Notes under the pieces: generated by a model
Database searches by the model: none
Told to the model about the DNA's origin: nothing
Seen by the model: only the letters and a program-made list of their open reading frames with translations
In this document: positions 16,997 to 26,342 of the stretch, in pieces
How positions within the stretch are numbered: the first letter of the stretch is position 1
How the letters are laid out: each line of letters begins with the position of its first letter
Origin: Calditrichaeota bacterium AABM5.125.24
GTDB lineage: Bacteria > Electryoneota > AABM5-125-24 > Hatepunaeales > Hatepunaeaceae
NCBI GenBank assembly: GCA_002127415.1
Contig: MWJR01000139.1
Location: forward strand, 1 to 30,998
Direction of reading: 5' to 3'
DNA: 30,998 nt
Made by a program: the position numbers and the translations under genes

Positions 16997-17920
16997 TCAC
17001 CCAAATTTAGCCCCGGGCGGGAGGGACTTGCCTCGCAGGAACTCACCGGCGGTCATCCGTCTGCGTCCCTCCATCTGGAGCTCGACTATCCCCAGCACAC
17101 CACTGCCTGTCCATATCGCCAGCGTATCCTCGATCTCACCAACCACCAATCCAGGTTCACCATTCCCGACATCTTCGAGCGTTCTGGTTCGTAGTATCTT
17201 CAGCACCTTCCGGTTAAGGATGGTGAATGCACCCGGTGTTGGGGATAGACCCCGAACCTGATTGTGCAGCTCCTCAGCTGGACGACTCCAGTCGATGCGG
17301 CAGGTATCACGTGTCAGACGCGGCGCTTTGGTAACATCCCCTGTTTGGGGACGAGGAGTCAACTCTCCGGTTTCAAGCCTGTCCAGGGTCTTGATAACCA
17401 GCCGTGCTCCCAAATCAGCCAGCCGGTCGGAGAGTGTGCCGGCGTCATCATCCGGTTCTATATCGACCGGCTCCTGCAGTAGCATCTCGCCGGTATCCAC
17501 CCGACGTTCGATGATAAAAGTGGTCAATCCGGTGCGGGGCAAGCCGTTCATCAGAGCCCAGTTTATGGGCGCCGCACCACGCAGCTCCGGCAGCAGTGAA
17601 GGGTGCAGGTTCACACAACCGAGGGAGGGTATATTATACACCTCCGGCGGAAGAATCCGGAAGGCCACCACCAGACAGACATCCGAACTGAAACCGGTCA
17701 TGGCCCGTATGAAAAACGGATCCCTGAGATCATCGGGCTGCAACAGTGGCAGCTCGTGGCGGCGCGCCGCTCGCTTCACCGCCGATTCCGAAATCTGGAG
17801 CGACCGTCCTGAGGGCTTATCGACCCCAGTGACCACAGCGGTCACCTCGTGCCGGCTGTCCAGCAGCGCTTCCAGGCTGGGAACAGCAAACTCGGGCGTT
17901 CCCATAAAAATCACCCGCAT
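16997..17920 (-). CDS. fmt: Methionyl-tRNA formyltransferase
   Basis: MRVIFMGTPEFAVPSLEALL..., ...NLHPSLLPELRGAAPINWALMNG... and the C-terminal Fmt domain. The start is taken at MRVIF (17920) rather than the track's 17944, which would overlap yajC. Confidence 0.88.
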   Translation of the reverse strand: MRVIFMGTPEFAVPSLEALLDSRHEVTAVVTGVDKPSGRSLQISESAVKRAARRHELPLLQPDDLRDPFFIRAMTGFSSDVCLVVAFRILPPEVYNIPSLGCVNLHPSLLPELRGAAPINWALMNGLPRTGLTTFIIERRVDTGEMLLQEPVDIEPDDDAGTLSDRLADLGARLVIKTLDRLETGELTPRPQTGDVTKAPRLTRDTCRIDWSRPAEELHNQVRGLSPTPGAFTILNRKVLKILRTRTLEDVGNGEPGLVVGEIEDTLAIWTGSGVLGIVELQMEGRRRMTAGEFLRGKSLPPGAKFG

Positions 17921-17930
17921 CGGCAACCCT

Positions 17931-18263
17931 TCAACCTTTACCACCGCTGCTCAGTTTGCGAGCCACCGCGCCACGGTCAACCTCCAGTTTAATATCATCC
18001 CCGGCTTTTACCACTATGGTTCCATCCTTATCGTTAACCTTCAGGATGACACCGTGAATGCCGCCGGTGGTGACAACCCGGTCGCCTTTGTTTAAGTCCT
18101 CCAGCATCTGCTGGTGTTGTCGCTGCCGCCTGGCTTGGGGGCGAAGTATGAGCAGATAGAGAACCAGGAATATCAGGATCATCGGGAGGAAGGCGCCGAA
18201 GCCACCTCCCCCCTGCCCTCCGCCTCCCGGGCTCTGAGCCATCGCCAGTGTTAAAACGGTCAT
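17931..18263 (-). CDS. yajC: Preprotein translocase subunit YajC
   Basis: 110 aa with a Gly-rich N-terminus, one TM helix and ...LILRPQARRQRQHQQMLEDLNKGDRVVTTGGIHGVILKV..., typical of YajC. Confidence 0.85.
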   Translation of the reverse strand: MTVLTLAMAQSPGGGGQGGGGFGAFLPMILIFLVLYLLILRPQARRQRQHQQMLEDLNKGDRVVTTGGIHGVILKVNDKDGTIVVKAGDDIKLEVDRGAVARKLSSGGKG

Positions 18264-18314
18264 TCAAACCTCTGATTTGAAATTGAAAAGTAAAAATTAA
18301 AATGGGTGGATATT

Positions 18315-18410
18315 TACTAAGTAGTGATGTTGTAGTTGTGGTTGTCTCAACCACGACCGTCGGGCTTGGGACAAGCCCGACTACCGTTGACCGAAATAAC
18401 TACTTGGTTA
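18315..18410. repeat. MITE/REP-like nested palindrome, family 1, copy A (the longest copy)
   Basis: TTACTAAGTAG-TGATGTT-GTAGTTGTGGTTGTCTCAACCACGACCGTCGGGCTTGGGACAAGCCCGACTAC-CGTTGACCGAAATAA-CTACTTGGTTAA. The inner hairpin is GTCGGGCTTGGGACAAGCCCGAC, the middle arms GTAGTTGTGGTTGTC/GACAAGCCCGACTAC and the outer arms TTACTAAGTAG/CTACTTGGTTAA. It is flanked by an AT-rich AAAAGTAAAAATTAAAA segment. Confidence 0.65.
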
Positions 18411-18464
18411 ATACCCTCAAAAATGTTTCTCATTTACAGAAAATAGCTTACAAAATAGATTTTA

Positions 18465-20051
18465 TCAATCCTCCGGAAACAGATCCACCACAGCAAACAT
18501 CCCGGCTCCGGCGACGTAGAGGTAGCGTTGGTGTATGAACATCCCCCTGACGGCGCAGACCCCCTCGATCCTTCCGACCTCCTGCAGCGTGAGGGGGTCG
18601 TCCGGGATAACGACCTGTATTACGCCCTGCCCGCCGATGTAAAGGAATGGATGCGATAGCATCAGAGATCGCGCCGGAACGATTTCCTCGTGAACAGCCA
18701 CGCAACAGAGGCGCTCAGGATCACTGACATCGACTACCACCACCCCCCTGCGCTCGGTGGCGATAAAGAGATGACCTTCATTATAGGCAATATCCTGCGG
18801 CTCCCCATCTATGGGCAGCTCGGATATCAACTCAGGCATCGAAGGATTGCTGACATCGACCAGCGATATCCCCCACTGCCCGGCAACATAGACCACCGTG
18901 TCGTGATAGCAGATACTCTCGCCATAACCTGTCAGGCTGACTCCGGCTCTCAGGCGCGGTCTGGTGCGGTCGCCGATATCGAGCACCTTGAGCCCGTTAT
19001 AGATGCAGGCGACGTAGGCGAAGTCGCCGTCAAGGGTTATATCACGTGCCTTGCCGCTGAGGTGAATCCGCCCCACTATGGCAGGCGAATCCGGCGGCTC
19101 CATTGCGATAACCACCACCCCCCCATCACCATCAGCCACATACAGAATCTCACCATCCGCCTCCAGACCCGAACTCCAGTCAGAGGTTGGGATGGTGAGG
19201 TCCCAGACCGGCTCATCGGGATAAGCGACGTTCACCACCTGCACGGCGTTATTCCAGTCGCTGATGAAGCAGTAGCCACGATAATACCAGAGGTCGAACC
19301 CCAGTGCATCAGGCATCGGCAACCGCGCCACGACATCCGGGTTGAGGGGACCGCTCCTGATGGTGAAAGTCCTCTCTGCCGCCAGCGTATCGGCGACGTT
19401 TCCGACTGCGTCGGTGAAGCGTCCCACCGTAAACGCCACCGAATCGTATATCCCGTATGGAATGATAAGAGTGCGACTGAACAACCCCTCGGAAATCCTG
19501 TCCAGCCGATAATCGGTGATGAAACTCCCGAACGAGACCGACGCCGAGCCCTCCTCGCCGGATTCAAGTGTGAACTCGACCTCATCGTCGGGCTCGAGGG
19601 TATCCTTATCCGCCGCAACGTCCAGGCTAAGGATGCGGGCGCTGAAGTCGAGGATGATCCCGTCGCTGAAGACCCCGGTAGTCCTGCCGCCTGCGCTGGT
19701 GAACCGCCCATAAACATAGAAGAGCCCTTCCACCCGCGGGGCGTGGACTATCTTCAGCGTGTCGAAAACCTCCCAGACCGCATCGGTGAGCACTGAATCC
19801 GATGAGACCAGCATTCGGTCGATGTTCTCGCCGCTGATAGAAACCCTGAGCACGGTGTCGCGGGTGGCGCTCGAGTCGTCGTTTATCACCATTCGCACGT
19901 CAGTCGGCGCGATCCTTGGCGATTGGATCTTAGAACCCTCACACCCCCACCAGAGAAACATCAATCCCATCGGAACCAGCACACCAGGCAACCTGCACAC
20001 AACCTGTCGTAGCGATGTCATATTATACAATACCCTTAAAACCATTGTCAT
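18465..20051 (-). CDS. LVIVD-repeat beta-propeller (lipo)protein with an N-terminal Ig-like region
   Basis: N-terminal signal/lipobox-like ...MGLMFLWWGCEGS. The C-terminal half shows repeated ~40-aa units matching the LVIVD repeat pattern (...ILYVADGDGGVVVIAM..., ...FAYVACIYNGLKVLDIG..., ...VVYVAGQWGISLVDVSNPSMP..., ...HLFIATERRGVVVVDVSDP..., ...YLYVAGAGMFAVVDL...). Confidence 0.6.
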   Translation of the reverse strand: MTMVLRVLYNMTSLRQVVCRLPGVLVPMGLMFLWWGCEGSKIQSPRIAPTDVRMVINDDSSATRDTVLRVSISGENIDRMLVSSDSVLTDAVWEVFDTLKIVHAPRVEGLFYVYGRFTSAGGRTTGVFSDGIILDFSARILSLDVAADKDTLEPDDEVEFTLESGEEGSASVSFGSFITDYRLDRISEGLFSRTLIIPYGIYDSVAFTVGRFTDAVGNVADTLAAERTFTIRSGPLNPDVVARLPMPDALGFDLWYYRGYCFISDWNNAVQVVNVAYPDEPVWDLTIPTSDWSSGLEADGEILYVADGDGGVVVIAMEPPDSPAIVGRIHLSGKARDITLDGDFAYVACIYNGLKVLDIGDRTRPRLRAGVSLTGYGESICYHDTVVYVAGQWGISLVDVSNPSMPELISELPIDGEPQDIAYNEGHLFIATERRGVVVVDVSDPERLCCVAVHEEIVPARSLMLSHPFLYIGGQGVIQVVIPDDPLTLQEVGRIEGVCAVRGMFIHQRYLYVAGAGMFAVVDLFPED

Positions 20052-20073
20052 TATGGGTTTAAACCCAATTGCA

Positions 20074-20102
20074 GTAGTCGGGCTTGAGACAAGCCCGACT
20101 AC
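20074..20102. repeat. MITE/REP-like family 1, copy D (minimal core)
   Basis: Perfect 29-bp palindrome GTAGTCGGGCTTG-AGA-CAAGCCCGACTAC. It is preceded by the palindrome GGGTTTAAACCC (20054..20065) and lies between the tgt stop and the LVIVD start. Confidence 0.65.
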
Positions 20103-20151
20103 CAGAATCCATAGCGTAACAATACAAAATACTTACCATAAAACATAACTG

Positions 20152-21336
<1,185 letters not shown>

Positions 21337-21508
21337 TTAAGCTCCCTCAAGCCGGTTTCAAAGCCGCCGGGACCGGTTTGCGCTACAGAGTAATCGTTAC
21401 AATGGCACCACGCTTGGTGAAGCTGCTGAAATGGTTTATATTTAATAGAGTTTATTTTTCGGTCTAAAAACCTGTAGATTCAGCGGATTTAATAGAGAAG
21501 ATAATACG

Positions 21509-23713
21509 GTGGGCAAATGTATGTATAGAATTATTGAAAAAGCCTCCATCCCCTCGTGGGTTCCCGTGGCTGCAACATCAGCGCTGCTCTTTTTATCATC
21601 GGTCTGCCCGGCTGACCAGCACTGGGAAATATTGAATCCCCTACCGGTCGCCGGCGATATTGTCTCAATAGATTTTGTTAATGACGAGACCGGCTACCTG
21701 ATAACCGACGCCGGGAGACTGATGCGCACCACGGACGGCGGGGAGAGCTGGTCGATCATGGAACTGCCTTACGCCTCAAACGGCCCCTGGGCGGTCGATT
21801 TCCTGACTGCCGAGAACGGTTGGGTTCTGGGGGGTATGGACATCGAGGAGCCGTGGCGGCAGATGATATACCACACCTCCGACGCCTGTGATAACTGGGA
21901 CCTCTGGCTGCTGGGAAACCAGTTCGAACCGAGCTTCTTCAACTCGGTGCAGGCGGGGGAGGCTGACCTCGGCTGGGCGGCCGGAGGCACCACCATTGAA
22001 GCCGTCAGCCGACCGGTGGTCTATCGATACCTTGGCGAGGATGAGTGGATCAGCTCGATCCTGCCGGAGGGTGACGGTGTTGCCCTGCATAAGGTTCATT
22101 TTGTGGACCGGAATCACGGTTGGGCAGCCGGCCAGGACGGCTACCTGGCCCGTTCCGACGACGGCGGGCGCAACTGGGAGAGGCTGGACAGCGGCACCGA
22201 GCTGGACCTCTATTCCGTCTATTTCACCGACCCATTTGTCGGCTGGGCTGCCGGGGGGGATTTCCGCACCGGTCTGGTGCTGCGCACGACCAATGGCGGT
22301 GAAAACTGGCAGTGCCTGGATGACCACAACGCCGCAAACCGCATCTCCGCCATCAGGGCGCTTGCCGAAACGCAGGCGGTTGCGCTTTCCTATGGAGGCC
22401 AGATCCCGGCGAGGATTATATACACCTCAGACGCCCAGCATTGGGATACCGTATTCGAGGACAACAACCTTACGCTCCTTTCACTGACGAAGGAGGGTAT
22501 GTTGCGGGTTGGAGGGTCATCCGGCTTCCTGGCCGCATCAGCCGACGGCCAGGAGTGGGAGCGGTTGTCCAGCACCTTTATAACCGGCAATGCCTATGAC
22601 ATACAGTTCCTGAACGAAGATGACGGCTGGTGTGTGGGGGACGATGGGACGGTCCTGACCACCGAGGACGGCGGCAGCGGCTGGCGAAGGCTCGAGAACG
22701 ACATAAGATCAGCACTCTACGCAGTCCACTTCCGCGACCGTTCGACCGGCTGGGCAACAGGTCAGGGAAGTATAGAACTGTTCACTGACAACGGCGGCGA
22801 GTCCTGGCGGGAAGTGAATATCGCGCCTGGAGACGTGAGCCACATCGTCTTCTCAGGTGATACCGGCTACGCAGTTCACGGAAGGTCGGTGGCTGTCAGT
22901 CGGAACGGCGGTGAAAGCTGGCTCTCAACCCAGGTCATCCCTGACGGTGAGGATGGAGTCATAGCGATCTCAGCACCTGAACCTGATATAGCCTATGTGG
23001 CATCGCCGACCGACTCCCTCAGAAGAACGCTCGACGCAGGTGAAAGCTGGCAGGCTGTGGAGGCGCCGTTCACAGGATGCCTGGGTGTCACCTTTCCCAA
23101 CACGAATTACGGTTGGGTGGTGGGAGTCTCCCCGGGTGACTGGCACCGGGTTTATTATACCGAGGACGGTGGCGAGATGTGGCGAAGCGGTAGGTTAATC
23201 GACTTCCTCGCCACCGGTATCAGGTTTATTGATGAGGAACACGGCTGGATCTGGGGATTGGCTGGGGAATTGCTCTACTCGGACGACGGAGGACGCAACT
23301 GGGATAGTATGGGTCTGAGGGTATCGCGAAACCTGCACGGCTTGTCGGCGACAGCACCCGATAGGCTCTGGGTATGCGGTGAAGGCGGCCTATTGGCTCG
23401 CTGGGGGGATGAATGGCAGTCAGCCCCTTCAGTCAGGGGGCGAATGCCCCATCGATTTGCCATCACACCGGCCTGGCCCAACCCGACCAACGGGCTGGTC
23501 AGGCTGACCATAACCATCGATAGACCGGGCGCTTACGACCTCAAGCTGCTCGACATCACAGGAAGGTTGCTCAATTCGCTGCCACAAAGTTACCCATCGC
23601 CGGGCCGGCATGAGATCAGCCTACCGCTGGATGGGTTGCCGAACGGAACTTACCTGTTGTGGATAGGCGACGAAGCCTTCAACCGACCAGTGAGGATAGT
23701 CCTGCTCAAGTAG
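21509..23713 (+). CDS. Secreted BNR/Asp-box-repeat beta-propeller protein (Ycf48-like/sialidase-like fold) with a T9SS C-terminal sorting domain
   Basis: Signal peptide. At least 9 S/TxDGGxxW motifs (TTDGGESW, SDDGGRNW, TTNGGENW, TEDGGSGW, TDNGGESW, SRNGGESW, LDAGESW, TEDGGEMW, SDDGGRNW). The last ~85 aa (...ITPAWPNPTNGLVRLTITIDRPGAYDLKLLDITGRLLNSL...LPNGTYLLWIGDEAFNRPVRIVLLK) match the Por/T9SS C-terminal sorting domain pattern. Confidence 0.7.
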   Translation: MGKCMYRIIEKASIPSWVPVAATSALLFLSSVCPADQHWEILNPLPVAGDIVSIDFVNDETGYLITDAGRLMRTTDGGESWSIMELPYASNGPWAVDFLTAENGWVLGGMDIEEPWRQMIYHTSDACDNWDLWLLGNQFEPSFFNSVQAGEADLGWAAGGTTIEAVSRPVVYRYLGEDEWISSILPEGDGVALHKVHFVDRNHGWAAGQDGYLARSDDGGRNWERLDSGTELDLYSVYFTDPFVGWAAGGDFRTGLVLRTTNGGENWQCLDDHNAANRISAIRALAETQAVALSYGGQIPARIIYTSDAQHWDTVFEDNNLTLLSLTKEGMLRVGGSSGFLAASADGQEWERLSSTFITGNAYDIQFLNEDDGWCVGDDGTVLTTEDGGSGWRRLENDIRSALYAVHFRDRSTGWATGQGSIELFTDNGGESWREVNIAPGDVSHIVFSGDTGYAVHGRSVAVSRNGGESWLSTQVIPDGEDGVIAISAPEPDIAYVASPTDSLRRTLDAGESWQAVEAPFTGCLGVTFPNTNYGWVVGVSPGDWHRVYYTEDGGEMWRSGRLIDFLATGIRFIDEEHGWIWGLAGELLYSDDGGRNWDSMGLRVSRNLHGLSATAPDRLWVCGEGGLLARWGDEWQSAPSVRGRMPHRFAITPAWPNPTNGLVRLTITIDRPGAYDLKLLDITGRLLNSLPQSYPSPGRHEISLPLDGLPNGTYLLWIGDEAFNRPVRIVLLK

Positions 23714-23775
23714 CATAGTGCCTCGTGCATGTTTCCGCAGCATAGCGGCCTCGTGCACGTTACGCCCACAAGGGG

Positions 23776-24405
23776 CTATACTACCCGCCGAGCCGGGTTC
23801 ACAACCCGGCCGGAATCAATATTCTTCACCCACCGAACGCTGACAAGCCACACCAGACCGAATGCCGCACCCCCGACAATCCATCCCATCACAACGTCGC
23901 CGGGCCAGTGCATCCCGTCATAGACCCTCGAGTAGCCGATTATAACCGCCAATCCCCACCAGACCCACCTTGTCTTTGGATACGCCCATCCCCACCAGAG
24001 GGCCTGCGCAGCGGTGTTGGCTGCATGCGATGAGGGCAACGAATAGGAGCTGCGGTATATCTCTATCACCGGGTCTGGCAGGACTATCCAGGCCCCATCC
24101 TTCCACATATTGAGCCCGCTCAGGATGTTACAGGGGCGGATCCGCCCCGCCAGCGGCTTAATCAGTCGCGATGATACAGGATCGGTTATCAGCAGCAAGA
24201 CCAGGGCTCCCAACCCCACCAGCCTCGTCCGGCGATTCCCGAAGATCATCAACACCATCCAGGCTAAGAGCAGCGGCAATCGCCAGGCGTGGTCGTTGTC
24301 GAAGATCGGCATCATCCAGTTAAAAACGGGATTATGCAGGGAGACATTCAATAAATACATCAGTCGGATGTCGAGCCCGACGGCGAAGTCTATTATATGC
24401 TCCAA
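23776..24405 (-). CDS. PAP2-family phosphatase (phosphatidic acid / undecaprenyl-diphosphate phosphatase-like)
   Basis: Polytopic membrane protein carrying the three PAP2 motifs: KPLAGRIRP (KxxxxxxRP), PSSHA (PSGH) and SRVYDGMHWPGDV (SRxxxxxHxxxD). Confidence 0.8.
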   Translation of the reverse strand: MEHIIDFAVGLDIRLMYLLNVSLHNPVFNWMMPIFDNDHAWRLPLLLAWMVLMIFGNRRTRLVGLGALVLLLITDPVSSRLIKPLAGRIRPCNILSGLNMWKDGAWIVLPDPVIEIYRSSYSLPSSHAANTAAQALWWGWAYPKTRWVWWGLAVIIGYSRVYDGMHWPGDVVMGWIVGGAAFGLVWLVSVRWVKNIDSGRVVNPARRVV

Positions 24406-24446
24406 TATTTCTAAATCTCACGCAAAGGCGCAAAGGCGCATAGTAT

Positions 24447-25166
24447 TCACGATTCTGTGGTTGTCAATGCCTCATTTTTAAGTGACTTGATCTCATCCGG
24501 TCTGAGTCGGCGCCAGTGTCCGATTGTCAGACGACCCAGCCTGACCGGACCGATCCTCACCCGCTTCAGCTCCAGAACCCTGTAACCGATCTCCTCAAAC
24601 AGCCGTCTGACAATCCGGTTGCGCCCCTCGTGGATGGTTATCTGAATCCTTCCGCCACGGGCCGGTTCAATGTGGTCAATCTCCACTACTCGCCCGTCAA
24701 CCCGAACCCCGCGGGCAATACGCTCGAAGTCCCGTGGCGTCAGCGAGCGATTCAGCTTTGCCAGATACTCTTTCTGAATTCGGTGACGAGGGTGGGTGAG
24801 GTAGTAGGTCAGATCGCCGTCGTTGGTGAGCAGGATGAGGCCGCTGGAGTCGCGGTCGAGCCGTCCGACAGGATGCAGCCGCTGGGGAAGCTCCATCAGA
24901 TCAGCCAGGCTGGCTCCACGTTCACGGCCGGGGCTCATCGTTGAAACGACTCCCCCCGGCTTATGCAGCATAATGTAGGTCAGCTCACCAGGAGCCGGAA
25001 GGGTTAAGGTTTGGCCGTCAAGCTCTACCTGATCGAGCTCTCCAATGCCATAGGCAGGATCGAGAATTACCAGGCCGTTAACAACCACCCTTCCAGCCGT
25101 TACCAGTCTCTCAGATGCCCGACGCGAAGCGACCCCCGCCACAGCCAGGAACTTAGCCAGCCTCAT
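24447..25166 (-). CDS. rRNA pseudouridine synthase, RsuA/RluB family (S4 domain plus catalytic domain)
   Basis: N-terminal S4 RNA-binding domain (RLAKFLAVAGVASRRASERLV..GRVVVNG) and the catalytic motif HPVGRLDRDSSGLILLTNDG. Its length (239 aa) fits RsuA-like enzymes. Confidence 0.85.
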   Translation of the reverse strand: MRLAKFLAVAGVASRRASERLVTAGRVVVNGLVILDPAYGIGELDQVELDGQTLTLPAPGELTYIMLHKPGGVVSTMSPGRERGASLADLMELPQRLHPVGRLDRDSSGLILLTNDGDLTYYLTHPRHRIQKEYLAKLNRSLTPRDFERIARGVRVDGRVVEIDHIEPARGGRIQITIHEGRNRIVRRLFEEIGYRVLELKRVRIGPVRLGRLTIGHWRRLRPDEIKSLKNEALTTTES

Positions 25167-25324
25167 CTGGAAAAATTAAAAAGTGAAAATTAAAAAGTAA
25201 AAACACGGGATGATTGTCTTTCCTGCACCTACTATCTACGGGTGGATCCCTTTTTACTTTTGAGAGTATTAGCGAAATACTGATCGTAGTGCTTAGTTGC
25301 CAAAATAAACGTATTCGATGACCT

Positions 25325-25404
25325 GTAGTCGGGGTTGTCCTCAACCACGACTGTCGGGCTTGGGGACAGCCCCGACTACAACAAGAAATCATTACTTGGT
25401 TAAC
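25325..25404. repeat. MITE/REP-like nested palindrome, family 1, copy B
   Basis: GTAGTCGGGGTTGTCCTCAACCACGACTGTCGGGCTTGGGGACAGCCCCGACTAC-AACAAGAAATCA-TTACTTGGTTAAC is near-identical in architecture to copy A, including CTCAACCACGAC and the TTACTTGGTTAA tail. It is flanked on both sides by AT-rich AAAGTGAAAATTAAAAAGTAAAAA-type segments in inverted orientation (25167..25200 and 25405..25430). Confidence 0.65.
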
Positions 25405-25410
25405 ACTCTC

Positions 25411-26190
25411 TCACTTTTTACTTTCTACTTCACCGCCTCCCGGCAGTTCTGGCAGTTTGATAAACGGCCTGACCAGGTCAATGGGTATCGGAAAGACCAC
25501 GGTTGAATTGTTCTCGGTGGCGATCTCGTTCAGGGTCTGCAGGTAACGGAGCTGGAGGGCGATGGGGTCCTTGGCAATCACCCTGGCGGCCTCAGCCAGC
25601 TTGATAGACGCCTGGTATTCACCTTCAGCGTGGATTACCTTTGCCCGGCGTTCACGTTCGGCCTCAGACTGCTTGGCCCAGGCACGGCGCATCTCGGTCG
25701 GCAGGTCAACATGCTTTATCTCGACGTTTGCGACCTTGATCCCCCAGGGGTCGGTATGGCGGTCGATGATCCCCTGAAGCTGCTGGTTGATCTTCTCCCG
25801 CTCGGCCAGCAGGTCATCCAGCACCACCTGGCCCAGCACGCTCCTCAAGGTGGTCTGTGCGAACTGGATGGTGGCAAACAGGTAGTTTTCCACCACCACC
25901 ACCGCCTTGTTCGGGTCCATCACCCTGAAGTAGATGACCGCATTCACCGTGATCGAGACGTTGTCTCTGGTGATGACGTCCTGCGGGGGAACGTCGCGAG
26001 TCTCGAGCCGCAACGAGATGCGCACCATCCGGTCAATGATGGGGATAAGAAGGATGAGCCCCGGGCCCTTGGCTCCGATCAGCCGTCCCAGTCGAAAGAT
26101 AACCCCGCGTTCGTATTCATTCAATACCCTGATGGCGCTGGCGAGGATAAAGACGGCAACGATGACTATGAGTAACATATACATCGGCAT
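25411..26190 (-). CDS. SPFH/band-7 (stomatin/prohibitin-like) membrane protein
   Basis: N-terminal TM helix then ...[16 protein letters not shown]..., with an SPFH core and coiled-coil tail (...[33 protein letters not shown]...). AGGAGG lies 7 nt upstream of the ATG. Confidence 0.85.
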   Translation of the reverse strand: MPMYMLLIVIVAVFILASAIRVLNEYERGVIFRLGRLIGAKGPGLILLIPIIDRMVRISLRLETRDVPPQDVITRDNVSITVNAVIYFRVMDPNKAVVVVENYLFATIQFAQTTLRSVLGQVVLDDLLAEREKINQQLQGIIDRHTDPWGIKVANVEIKHVDLPTEMRRAWAKQSEAERERRAKVIHAEGEYQASIKLAEAARVIAKDPIALQLRYLQTLNEIATENNSTVVFPIPIDLVRPFIKLPELPGGGEVESKK

Positions 26191-26198
26191 AAAAGCCT

Positions 26199-26262
26199 CC
26201 TGATTTCAGCTGTTAGTTATCAGTTGTCAGTTATTAGTTGTCAGTAATCAGTAAAACAGTAA
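26199..26262. repeat. Low-complexity degenerate tandem repeats (CAGTTGTCAGTTATTAGTTGTCAGTAATCAGTAAAACAGTAAAC) in the SPFH promoter region
   Basis: Seen directly: repeated GTCAGT / TTAGTT / CAGTAA units. They are followed by a CTCAAGA...TCTTGAG stem and a CCCGGA-TTTAG-TCCGGG hairpin (26289..26340), downstream of gcvPA. Confidence 0.45.
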
Positions 26263-26342
26263 ACTCAAGAACCAAGAACCTCACAAAGAGTCTTGAGGGT
26301 GACCCGGGATCCCGGATTTAGTCCGGGATTGCAACCCGGGAT

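Noticed and set aside
17262-18095. 277-aa Ser-rich plus-strand ORF
   Set aside because: Antisense to fmt and yajC, both of which have strong homology. It is a low-complexity shadow ORF.
18690-19796. 368-aa plus-strand ORF
   Set aside because: Antisense to the LVIVD-repeat gene, whose minus-strand product shows coherent repeat/domain structure. The plus-strand product has none.
23791-23809. Hairpin GCCGGGTT-CACA-AACCCGGC as a terminator
   Set aside because: It lies inside the 3' end of the PAP2 coding sequence (it encodes ...GRVVNPA...) and is not followed by a U-tract on either strand, so it is not called.
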